A stretch of 62,816 nt of DNA, counting the filler, from Sphacelaria rigidula (taxonomy: Eukaryota), in assembly GCA_964200075.2 (NCBI GenBank). It is 5 parts of 5 records of this genome, joined end to end, with 100 filler letters (N's around TTAATTAATTAA, not from the genome) between each part and the next. Parts side by side here need not be neighbours in the genome. Positions count along the whole stretch, not along the records: positions 50,334 to 62,816 come from CAXNAA020003719.1; 4 more parts are not named here. One strand, 5' to 3'. Made by a program: the position numbers and the translations under genes. Below the pieces are notes generated by a model. It was not told where the DNA came from and made no database searches. It saw only the letters and a list, made by a program, of their open reading frames with translations. Position 1 is the first letter of the stretch. Every line of letters begins with the position of its first letter. This document shows positions 51,030 through 62,816 of this stretch, one piece after another.

Positions 51030-52820
51030 GTATGTACTAACTGGACTGCTTGCAAGCTGGGTGTCTTGAGTGTGTGTGCGTGTTTCGTGCAGGAGGATAT
51101 AAAGGAGAAGCGGGCAACGTGCAGTGCACACAACCCAGGGCTACCAGTTTTCTCTGCTTGCAATGCGACGTGAAAAAAACTTCAGCAACGTGCAGCTTTG
51201 TAATGCCTGCACTGTCCACGAGCGAGCGTGCACGCAACTCGGTTGCCCACCGTACCACGCAGCTCCGTCGCTGATGCCTACCATGAGGGAAGATGTGCAA
51301 GTTTTCGCCAACAAAAAAAACAAAGCACACCCGACTACTACAGTGTATTTATCCCTGTGCTCAACTCGTGCTCTATGCTGCAGGGTTTGCGGTGGTACCT
51401 GAGAATGAGTTGGATGGAGTTTGCATGGTCCTGTCGATGGGTGTTTTTTGGCGTGGTGGTCTGTAAGGTAGGAGTCAAGTGCCACTTCGTGACTTTCGAC
51501 CCCATGTTTTTGATCGAAAACGATTGTTTTTTACCTCATTGCATTCTCCTCCGCGCGCCGCTAAAATCATAATTTTGAGTTGAAGCCTTCACGGAGCATA
51601 AATACGGTGGACGTATTATTATATGAGATCGGCAAAAAAAATTCAGCCGCACTTTTTCGATCGAAAGAAGAGTGTGAAAAAAACACGTCCTTATATTAGC
51701 AAACGCTCAACCAAAACCCATACCTGCCATGCAGTGTAAGGGTAGGCGATTTACGGGGTGCGGTGGAAAAGATGAATTCGATGTCATAGGTCCACGTCAA
51801 TTATATTCTTAGCTGACTTCAACTAATATTCGTAACCATTAATTACTCCCGTGCGACCGGGAGAGAACACATGCCAAAGATCAGGCCCCGTTTTATCGAG
51901 GCAAAAGAAAATAACCCTAAAACGAAGCAAGTGTCAAGAAGTTGCTACTTTCGGACGCTCGCTCTTTTTCCTTTTTTTTTTTCGTCTCGATAAGACCGTG
52001 TATCGGCACATGATTTTCCGATTGAAAATGTGCGGTTAAAAAAGAAAACTCTGACCTGATAGGTTATGCTTTCAACTATCGTCAAAGTAAAGGACTACTG
52101 TTGAAATCACGACCTATCAGACAGGAATTTTTTGTTTCCACCGCACTTTTTCGATCGGAAAATAACGTGCTAAGACACTCCCTTGGGATTATATTTTTAG
52201 ATGAAGTGCGGTGGCAAGAACAGATTACGATAGGTCGTCAATCGTATCCGCGTTATTTTATGTTGGATTGACGACCTGTCAGATCGGAATTTCGCTCTTC
52301 CGCCGCACTTCGTAGATCCGGAAATGATGGGCTAAGACACGCCGCAGGATACGGCCTTTACTTTAGCCTTGCCGACCAAAAGCATGCGCGGAAAAGCGCG
52401 GGAGGGCACTTGACTCCCGTCTTTCAGATCACCACGCTAGATACCACGCGTTCGCAAAACCATGCTCGGCTACTACCGCAACCCTACGGCATAGAGCACG
52501 AGTTGAGCACAGGGAGATGTGCATACACTGCAGTAGCCTGGCATGATGTGTTCATTTTTTGTGGGCGGAAATTCGAGCGCCTTTGCTGTTGGGGGTCAGC
52601 GACAGAATTGCGTGGTGGCGAGGTTGGCGAACAACTTGCGTACGCGCTCATGGACAGAGCAGGTTGTACAAAACTGCACATTGACCCTTTCACATTGCAC
52701 TGTATGCAGAGTGTACAGACAGTCCTGTGCTGCCTGTACTACACGTCGCCCGCTTCTTTTTTACATCCCACTGTGCGAAACACACACTCAGACACACTCA
52801 AGACACCCATACAGTACAAA
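51030..52820. mobile_element. Large inverted-repeat element (arms ~51030-51380 and ~52485-52820)
   Basis: gggtgtcttgagtgtgt / acacactcaagacaccc and ccctgtgctcaactcgtgctctatgc / gcatagagcacgagttgagcacaggg; internal ccgcactttttcgatcg repeats. Confidence 0.75.
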
Positions 52821-53615
52821 CAATACCTCCCTGAAACTATTTTGGGGGATTGCCTCTCTTTCGTTCCCCCAACGGGTGTGTGCGAAAACGACATTCTCGG
52901 GCAAAAGCATCCCTTTTTTTCACCCCGAAATCGAGGGGAAGTGCGTTTGCAGATACTGTACCGTTTGCGGGAACGGTAGACGGGAAACCCTCAAGAATGG
53001 TTTCAGGTAGGTCGGGGGTCATGAGGTCGCCCACCTGAAAGTAATGTAACTTGACTTTAGGTAATGAACAGCACTGTTTGAATTTAAACTCATTCTAATG
53101 TTAACTCAATTCTCGAATATGATCGCTTCACGGCGAAATAACAGCAGTTGTTACGTCAGCAGCACAAACAACGACAAAATGCACCCCCCTGCCTGTTGAC
53201 CACATAATACTGCGTCGTGTTTCGTCCAATGCCCAACGATACGTTCGCGTCACCCCTACCGTCCATCGCCTCTTCTTACATGGAGTATGTTAGTACAAAA
53301 CATGATCATAATAGCACGAACCATGACCAAAAAGGAAATCGAGAGTGAGATCGTTTTGAGGCGAGCTATCTCGAATATCCTGCTCCCGCGNNNNNNNNNN
53401 GGTTTTGGGGGCATGTATCCCCACGCTCCTGCGCCCGCGCTGACCACTTTCTTATTTATTCAGGGCCAGTTAACCCCCCCCCCCCCCCTCCATGCATCAC
53501 GGCTTTTATAGCATGACCTCTTGTACTTGTTGTCACAAAATGAACTCGGCAATATGATGATGCCGTCACCTCCGTTCTCCCTCGACACGACAAAAAAACA
53601 CGCTCCCGTGTGCAG

Positions 53616-56600
53616 ATAAGCGTGATTGGGGATAACGTCAACACCGGGCCCCGGAGATTTCGATTCGATCACGTATTCGACTCGCAGCGCCGTCAGGACG
53701 AGGTGTATCGCAAGACCACTTTGCCGCTCGTAGAGCGCTGCTTGGAGGGCTTCAACGTCACCGTGTTGGCGTACGGTCAGACGGGCTCCGGAAAGACCTG
53801 GACAGTCGGCAATGCTTACGGGGTAAGTCTTGTTGTGTTATGGGGATGGACGCGGGAGTGTCAATCTGCTGCAGTATCAACCGCAATTTTCCGATGAATG
53901 TTCTAGGGACTGAAGGTCCCTCAAAGTGTCTCAAAGATTACCGTATGTTCGGTCAAAAATCATGTTTGCGCGGGGTCTCTGATCCACGTCTGAGCTTTTC
54001 TCCTCTGGAAACTGTCGATATCTCTTGACCAACCCGACAGTTGTTAGAAACAAGAAAAATCAGGGATCCAAAAGCGCACACGGTACTGTACGATTTGATC
54101 GCGAAATCAAGCACGTCTCAACACTCGCCTCCTTTGAATGAAATTCCAGAAATCTGTCTTCTCTTTGTTCTTTCTTTCGATGCCGAGGTGAAGGTGAGAC
54201 ACCAATGTCCCTTTCCGTTGGTTTTGGGGTTCTGATATGTTCTGACATGGTATCCACCTGCGCTGAATCGTCTCATTTTTTGTTGGACTCCTGTTGGATT
54301 GAATTTGTTGCAGTTCAACAGCGGAGACCCTGACGCCGGGATCATCCCACGCGCCGCGGCGGACATTTTCAAGAAGCTGGACGGACTCAGTGGGAAGGGG
54401 GTGACGGCCTCAGTATACGCTTCCTTTCTGGAGGTGAGATGAGGAGAACGGGTCGACAAGAACAAAAAACGCACACACACATCTGAGTATGTCCGCTGTG
54501 CGCTTGAAGGCACACACAGTACGGTACGGTATCTCATACCTCATTCAGGAACACGATGTAGAGCAACGGAGTGTTTTGTGCTCTGCCAACGCTTTTGTGG
54601 TGCTGTGTGATGCACGATCCTACACACGAGCAGCCTCCAAAGCTTGATTTCATGTCTATTATCGCAATACAACACAACACACTATGATGTTTTGCGATAC
54701 GTCACACGATAGCTTGTGAGTACAAGAGGGGTCAACCGAGCCCAGCAAAGCAAAGATCACCGTCTCGTAGGGAAGGGGGACGTTGGTGAGGTCAAAGCGT
54801 GGCTTGCCTGTGCGAGGAGCCTATGAGTCATGCATGCGACTGCTGCATCAGTTGAGCCTGAAACAAAACCTGCCCCGCACCCCCGAACGCTGTCATCCAC
54901 TCTCGTTGAGTTCAGGTTTACAACGAGGAGGTGAAGGATCTCATCGGTACGGCTACCAATGAAAGCTCCGCCAAGAATAACGGCACGCCAAGTTGGAGGT
55001 TGGGCACCCCACCCCGTGGGTGTTTGCATCCGTCAGGGGGAGTCGGAGGGGGCGGCGGCGGGGGACTGCAGCTTAGGGAAACTCCAGGGGGGGATGTAAC
55101 AGTCGTTGATCTCAGTCAACATGAGGTGAGCGTGTCGATTTGTTGTGACAGTAGTATCGTCGACTGCTGGTTTGCTGCGCTCGGTCTTAACAGTTTTTCT
55201 TGTCGGTGGGAAGCAAGCAATGTTGACGAATCGTCGATGAGGTCGTGAGAAGTACTAAATCCTTAGCGCCTGAGCTGATGTCAACATTGGGAGGGGCAAT
55301 CGAGACCGACGCACGAGTGTTGGCATTGTTCTGTTGCTTTCGGATTCTCTCGGACGTTTTTGTCGCTCTCCTACATACAGTGGTGACGACGGCCAGCGTT
55401 TCCTTTGGCATACCTGTATACGCGGGGAAAGTTGTTGCCGTTACGTCCCCCGCTGCAGTGCTCTCGCACGGTTTTGTTCTGTCTGTCTTATACAGATTAG
55501 TTATTTCTGCCGTTCTGTTGCCTTTCCCCCCCCCTCTGCCTCCTCCTCCTTGCATGTCACAAAACACCCACTCGAAACCCAGATTTTATGCGTGCAAGAT
55601 CTTTTGGACCTTCTCAAGCGCGGCGCAACGGTGAGAGCAACGGCCGCCACAACGATGAATTCAAGAAGCAGTCGTTCGCACGCTATATGCACCTTGACCT
55701 TAGAGGTTGTGCGGCCTGCGACGGAGGACAACAACACGCGGCGCGTGTCATCATCCAAGTTTCACCTGGTTGACCTCGCGGGATCCGAAAGCGTCGGTAA
55801 AACAGGGGTGGAGGTGAGAGGTCGCGGACGGGCATGATTAGCTTTTGCCGATTGATTGGTGCATGAGTATCGTAACATCATGTCTTTCGTAGGCACTACA
55901 GCAGGGTAGTTTTTATTTGATGGGAGTGTTGACATAGGTGCTGGTCAAGGTGGCGACAATCGCAAAAACGCTTTGATGGGAACAACGCTTTGTGTATGGC
56001 CTAGTTTTTTTCGTATGTTGGTGGCAAGTGCAGCTGTCGTTCGATACCTGTTGTCCCAATATTGAACCGGTGTATGGGCCATACTGCAAGAACCGCTGTG
56101 AAATCTTTTCGCCATATATCACATACCACCGGGCAACACGTCTCAACACTAGCAAAAATGCTACAAATCGTCCACCCATATGTCGAACTGCACCCAGGGC
56201 CAGCGACGGCGGGAGGGTATCAACATCAACAAGGGCCTGCACGTTCTTCGTAGAGTGATATCATCCTTATCCAAACACGCGAACAAGAGCGGGATGGGGT
56301 CCATGAGCCCCAGGTTGGCTCCTCGAGCAGCGTCTGTCTCTCCAATGACGACGGGGCGGAAAGAGTTCTCGCCGCCTTGTTCCCGTGTGGTAAGCAGCGG
56401 CGGCCGGGGCAGGTCCCATGTGCACACGCACGTGCCGTATCGGGAGTCGAAGCTGACCCGGTTGCTGCAGAGCAGCCTCGGCGGTAACTCGTACACGGTG
56501 ATGATCGCGTGCGTGAATCCAGCAGTGAGGCAAGTCAGATGTACGGATTATTGTCGGTAGGATACGGCGAATAGAGAGCAAGCACACCGTGCCTTCCTTT

Positions 56601-57342
56601 TTTTACTTCCCGCCCCTCGTCATACCTTCAATCAACCCCCCCAATCTCGGGAAGAGTCCAAAGTCTCGAATATGTTGAATATTTGCCTCACAACATGTTA
56701 TCGAGACCCGAATTAGAAATAGCCCTCTGGCATCCAGCCCATCCTAGTCAATTTCCCCCCGCTACTTGCGTCCTCTCGCTTCCAACGGTGATAACCGGGT
56801 TGTGGTAAAAGAAAATGGTACTATCAGCATGTGACTTGAATCTCAGGTAATGGCGGACAACTCATCAAGGTCAGCTAAGGAAGGCACTGCGTATCAGTTT
56901 GATACACTTAATTTTGAAAATGAAGATGTGTTGAAGTACCAACTCCTTCAGTTTAAGTTCTTACTTGTGGTTAGAATTACTTGAAAACAGGATCTGGTTC
57001 ACAGTGTGTATTATTCTGTTCGCGCTCTTGTTTTTCTTCGTTTTTCCTTGTCTTTTTGTGCATGCCAACCCGACCTGACGGTGGTATGTCTCTCCCATTA
57101 CTATACCCCTTATACGATACCTTACGCTTGTTCCATGTCAATTCGGTGTGTGATCAGCAATTTGGTGGAAAGCCTGAGCACCCTCCGGTACGCCCAGAGT
57201 GCGATGAACATCAAGAACTTGGCCGTCAAGAACGAGGGAATCGTCGGATCTCCAGCGAGCGCTACCGAGGTGAAAGACTTTGTCGAAGGATATGCGCAAG
57301 CAATCAGGAGAGACAACCGTTTTGGGTCGGCAGTAGCTGGGA

Positions 57343-57390
<48 letters not shown>

Positions 57391-60300
57391 TATGTCTACT
57401 TCACATACATATGAATAGTTGACGCGAAGAAGTGATGTAAACACGAACTACGTTCCCCCGTGGTATTGCTCTTGTCGCCCATGCCCTCTGTTCGATTGTA
57501 GGTGATGGCACTGCGGAAGGAACTCCGCTCGCTGCAGCTCGAGCTGCTGCAAGCAAAATTTTCCGGTCAGATACCCGAGGCAGATGCCGCGCCCATCGCC
57601 CCCATTGGAGGTCTAGTTGCTCAGGCCGCGGCTGTCGAAGAAGCTGCCAAGCTACGCAGGTAGTAGGACACGTCAGATTATAACTTGTGTCATACTACGA
57701 CACCTATTCCTCCCTTGTAGTATGACCAGATGGTGTTGATTTCAAGGCGTCGCGAGGTAGAGGTACAGGTAAAGGTCATCACTGCAATGTGGTAGTGTAG
57801 GTTCGACTCGCCATGAGAGGGTGACCCACTCACGTGTACCGTGGAAGCACGTTCTCTCTACCGTACCAACACCAAACCTTACCCGAACAGGGCAAAGGAA
57901 TCCTCGCGACCAGCCACTTGGGCGGTGCTCACGCAGTACCGTACCGCCGTAATCTGAGCTACCCTCCGTCCTCTATCCTGGAGCAGGCAACAATCGACTC
58001 TTGAGCACCGGTTATCGGAGGCGACCCAGCAAGCCAAGGCTGCGGCGGAGGCGGAATCGTCGGCGAAAATCGAGTCTGAGCGTTGGCGTCTCCAATGCGA
58101 GCAGGTACCATAATGCGACATGCAGTATAGTCACTGCTCGAAACCTTGAGATGCGAATGGAAGAATGGTACTCGTATCTCGTTACCGGTAGTATGCATTT
58201 TGCACCTTCAGCAGGTTATAGTTCACTCATTCTGTTTTTTGTTCCTTCTTCATCGTCCCCATCATTTTCCCCGATGATTTTCCTCCCTCGATCTCGTAGC
58301 GAAGCAATTCGCGACAGTCGTCTCAGGACCGTTCCCCACTAAGGCTCTGCCTGTGAGTGACCCTGTGCCTCAAATCATGTTCTTACACAAAGTCGCCCCT
58401 CTACCTCACAATATTTTGAAACGCTGGTGCAGTTGTCGACGGTTCTGAAGGGGACCGCACCATCTCCGGCTTCCGCAAGCGGAGTAACCCCATCATGGTC
58501 CTGCATCAATAGGTGCGCTTACAGCCAACACTTCTGCGAGGATACCGCCACCGACGCGTCCTACACGAGCGACATGAGAAGGGACAGCTCTGTTTTCGGC
58601 AGCGGGGGCAGCAGCAAAGCCGGGCAACACGCCACCCAGCAAAGCCACAGAATGTCCAGCTGGATAGGCGGTGCTAGGAAGGATTCGGACGTGTTTTCGA
58701 GTAACGGTTCATGGTACACCGCCCGAAACAGCATAATGAGCAGTAGCAATGGCACCCACAGCATCACTCGCGATAGCGGTGCGACGACCGGTTCCAGGGA
58801 GAGCCTTTCGCGCGGAAACATCCGCTCCGGCAATAGTGATACCTGGCTGCACAGGGTAACCAACGGTGCTTCTGCGGGGAAGACGAGGAGCGCCATGGCT
58901 GATAATCGTTCTCGCAGCGGTACGTGGCTTCACAGAGCCAACAGTGGTTCTTCGAGAAACATTCTTGAGAAACGCTCCAGCAGCGGCACCTGGCTTCATC
59001 GAACCAGCAATCGTAGCGGCTCGTCGTCGGGTGGGAAGAAGAGCGGGTTCCGAAATGGTCTCCGGATCGGTCTCCGCAGCGGCCGTTGGAACAGTTCCCC
59101 ATCGCTGCCAACGCCGACGCCAACGCCAACGGCACCGGTACAATCGGGTTCTCAACCGATGGGGCGGCCGGTTGTCGACAACAAGGGGCTCGAGGGCAGG
59201 GTGGCCGAGCTAGAGGCATACGTGCTCGTGTTGGAGAACAAGTTGTCGAGTGCGAGGGAAACGGCGACGGATGCGGCGGTTGTTGCGACGACGCTGGCAG
59301 CCGGTGCGGCCGCCGGTGCCAGTGCTGTCGGTGCTGCCGCGACCGGTGGCGGCCGGGGAGATGAGATGAAGGGCACCAGCACTGGTTCTTCTTTATTCGA
59401 GGTCACAGGCTTGTCTTCCGATCGATGTGGTGAGGATGGCAGATGTAAATTGTTTTTTGGGCGTTCTATTTTGTGATGTGTTTTGGCGGTGTTGTTGAAT
59501 TCATTTTCCGACGCTTAGCTTCGCCCCCGGAGATGTACTATAGAGAACACGAATGGATGAAACTGAATTGAAGGGAACGGCGAGAGAAGAAACAATACAG
59601 TACGACTCCGTTATTGCAGGAGATGAGCAAATCTCTGGTGCTTGGCACCCAGCTATATCTTATTTTATCTTTTTGCCCATCGGTCGATTCTGGGGAAATG
59701 TTGAAGGCGCGAGCGTCGCCGCGCCGGCTGAGGAGAAGTCGACGGTGAAAAATGTGCGGGCCTCAGCGAAGGAACGTGGAGGAAAGTATGGAGGCGCGGT
59801 CTTCTGGTGTGAGAGCAAAGATTCAGATCTCGAGAGCGGACAAGACACCTCCAAGAAAAGCGACGATCGTGGAGCAGTGGAGACAGACATCAAGGTGATG
59901 ACTTTTTGCTTGAAGCGTGTGGCGATAGAGAAGCCCGCAAAATTCTACGCTGCTGGGGAGTTAAAGCATGTATGGTGCATGGGCAAGAAGTCTCTGGTTT
60001 ATCAAAGCATGTGTGGCCCATCAAGCACTTGTTCCGTTTGTTCCTATCGATTACGTGGAAAACAAGTCGCTATTTTACTTGTGTGTCTGAGGTTCAACCT
60101 TGACACTGTCTCTGAAGGTATCAACGGTATACCAAGTATATTTTTTGTTTCTGCGTGGTTTGGGAATATGACCACACTTTCCGCCCAGCACGAAGCGCAA
60201 CAGTGTACAGTACCAGCTGATCGCATTCATTGTGTCCCCTTTACTGTTCCATGATTTGTCGACTTTCCATTTTCGCTGTCCCATCGCGCACATGGTTGCA

Positions 60301-62034
60301 TCGGATTCACGACAAGTACAAGCGGTCTCTTCCTTTCTGTAATGCCTTCACTGTCAATCAGTAAAATCACCTCGAGAACACATCTCCTGCACTTGCTCCG
60401 GAGTAAAAACTTATTCACTACACATTTCATGTCTACAGTTGTCACTTCATATGCGTATGTGTTTCACTTTCTGCACTTTCCCTCGACCGCCTGTCTGATG
60501 GATGATCGGGATAATCGACACACGTGCCGTGCGCTAACTTGCGGTTTCAGTCTTCCGAGTCACTAGTCCACAGTGCCCCTGGACGCGGCTCGATTGTGCC
60601 CGGGCTCCCTCGCAGCACCTCCGCGAGTGGAACTAGGGGACGGTCCGGCCGTGCCTACGCGAAATATTGCGTGGTCAAGCAGGCCAAAAAAGCGGAGATG
60701 GCCGCCTGGTTATTGGCGGAAATAGAAGTGAGTACGAGTACGTAAGAAGTGAAGAGATTCCGCGCTAGCTGTGGGGGATGGAGGCAAAACGTATTGGGAT
60801 TTACATTCGAGGAGGTGCCGTTTGACGTCACTCTCACGTATCGTGTTGTGTGTGATGCCGTTTGACAACAGCGAACACACACACACACACAGAAAAAGAA
60901 CTAAGCGACGTCTCATGTTGCTCGCGCTCCTCCTCACATGACTTCCGAGGACAAGGATACGTGAGTACGCGTTCACAATTTTGCGTATTTCAAATGACAC
61001 TGCTGCGGGATATCTCATGTTGCATCATGTTGTATTTCGTACTGATGGATCCCCTTGCGCTAATCACTCCTTCGGACCGTCCAACAACTCCCAATGCTGA
61101 TGCCAAACAATCAGGAGGCGGCAGCTGTGGATCGTGCGAAGAATGCCCTTGCCGAACAGATCAACCTCAGGAGGGGTGCATCCAGTCGAGCAGCCACGAT
61201 CATGCAAGAGCACCCGTCAGCTCGTCGCACGACGTTGCCCACATGGTCGGAGACCGACAGCATCGACTACAAGGAAGGTCGAGAGGAGGACAAGCGGGAC
61301 GACGCGGAGATGACAGAGCTGGAGCTCAGAGTGGCCGCCAGCTCCAAGGTGGGCGCCAGATGGACGTGATCGCTGCATTCTGAAGATTTGAAGCTATCAC
61401 CAACATTATAATGGCTCTCTCAACAACATTGTTGTGTTGATCGATGTGGACTCGGACTGATGACGCGGTGCCGCGCCAAGGTGTTGAGGCTGGCAAAAAA
61501 ATATGGTGCTCTTCACTCGTAAAACGTGCGAAACTCAATCAAGAATGCAGTCGGTATCCGACACCGCTGCGGCGCGGGCTTTTCCAGTCATTACTCGTCA
61601 TTGCGGTAGGCACAGGTCGGTCTACCTTTCCTTGACGGGGCAACAGTGGAGAGTTCCACTCTGAGGCAAGACGAGACGGTGTTGGTTTCAGGACAACCCA
61701 AGACTTTCACGTACCACGTCTTTTCACAAGCAAAAGCTCACAACCCCTTGTCCCCTCGGCGCTCATCGCAACGCTGATGCAAGTTCCTTGACGTCAACTC
61801 GTCTACTGTATTCTGATTCTTCACAACTCTGTCGCAGGCGATAAGCGATCTGAGATCCTATCTGGATGCGGCAGATATCGAAAACATAGCATTCGAAACT
61901 ACTTCTATCGCAGAGGGAGGAGCTCCAAGCGGGCGAGCGGAGAAATCGAGGTGGTCTCGCCTGCGTAGCCCATGGGAGATTAAGGCCGCGTTGTCGATCC
62001 TCATGGCCGAGGCCGTCAAAGCAAGGGTTATTCG
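53616..62034 (+). CDS. Kinesin motor protein (kinesin-4/KIF4-KIF21-like), spliced, partial; exons 53616-53822, 54314-54433, 54916-55125, 55583-55813, 56198-56529, 57158-57269, 57502-57659, 57987-58104, 58433-59401, then less certain exons ending 59894 and ~60727, and at ~61115-61348 and ~61914-62034
   Basis: FRFDHVF, P-loop [75 protein letters not shown], then coiled-coil stalk exons; AG/GT boundaries maintain the frame. Confidence 0.93.
57345..57389 (+). repeat. (AC)n microsatellite in a kinesin intron
   Basis: Pure AC run. Confidence 0.95.
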
Positions 62035-62441
62035 GTAAGCCACTCACCCAAAAGCACCTGGCCCGTCACTTTAACCCCCCCATGTCAACATTTTCGTTTG
62101 TAAAAGTGAAGGAATTCTCGAATTCCGCGGTGTCCCATTTGTTGAGAGGTGAGTAAAATGAGGGAGATCCGTACAAATCGTAATCTACAGTATACGTCGC
62201 CCAGCTTACTTTGTATTTATTTATGAATTCAGTCTAGTAACACGGAAAATAATGAGTGGAGGACAGCGAGAGGTACACGCGACGGTGACTTGATTTTGGC
62301 ATGACCATGCAGCAACTTAATAGTCAACTTTCAGCCTACGATGAGAGGTATTTGAATACTCGGGTGTTCGTATCCTGACTTGGTCTATCCTAAATCGCAA
62401 CTTGGATAGATGCAAGCTCTGCTCACTGATTCGCCCCCTTC

Positions 62442-62490
<49 letters not shown>

Positions 62491-62695
62491 ACCCCCCCCC
62501 CCCCCCCCCCGTCGGCTCAAAAGGGTGGGGGGGTCAAGGGTAAAATGACTAAGGAAAGCAAAAAAGGGGCACCCCCCCCCCCCCCCCGGTTACACCCATG
62601 AGGCAGTGTAGAAGCTGTGACTGTCTCTGGAAGTGGCAATACCACAGAATAAAGCAACTCATTGTTGGCTGCCATCCAAATGCAAGATAAACAAT

Positions 62696-62716
62696 AGGGT
62701 TAGGGTTAGGGTTAGC
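62696..62716 (+). repeat. Short interstitial telomere-like tract (TTAGGG)
   Basis: agggttagggttagggttag. Confidence 0.8.
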
Positions 62717-62816
62717 AAGATGATAAACAGTAGGCCAGACGGTCTTAGCAGGATGCAGCTCACCCTTCATGCGACTCGCCGAACACAACACGGCGCTTCG
62801 CGCTTGGTGGTTTGAG

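Noticed and set aside
62435..62590. Poly-proline ORF (formin/extensin-like)
   Set aside because: A poly-C homopolymer tract, likely intronic and error-prone; no supporting splice or domain context
1..62816. A functional cluster linking the sulfatase, Fn3 protein, kinesin and transposases
   Set aside because: The genes lie in different artificially joined segments, so co-location is not biological

Overview
This is eukaryotic, intron-rich, transposon-dense DNA, most likely from a brown alga (Phaeophyceae). That assignment is an inference from the long GT-AG introns, the sulfatase and Fn3 gene types and the TTAGGG tracts. The window is not one contiguous locus. Four identical 100-nt N-TTAATTAATTAA-N linkers every 12,583 nt join five unrelated ~12.5-kb segments, so no neighbourhood across a linker is meaningful. 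Segment 1 holds the 3' exons of an S1 (arylsulfatase-like) sulfatase, with SINEs, MITEs and retroposon tails in its introns. Segment 2 holds a pogo-like transposase remnant and a Ty3/Gypsy chromo-integrase remnant cut off by a ~2.4-kb TIR element. Segment 3 holds the 3' part of a multi-fibronectin-III protein gene. Segment 4 holds an intron-containing Zisupton/KDZ-like transposase with nested insertions, an Academ-type XPG remnant and a possible PIF1/Helitron remnant. Segment 5 holds a kinesin-4-like gene with a GC-AG intron. I found no prokaryote-style novel system such as CRISPR or a defence operon. The most interesting signals are mobile-element biology: unusual transposase superfamilies, several TIR elements carrying internal telomere-like tracts (one with TG..CA ends and a 5-bp TSD), a 2-bp-TSD MITE family, and a tRNA-derived SINE family. 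All family assignments come from motif recognition by eye, not database searches.
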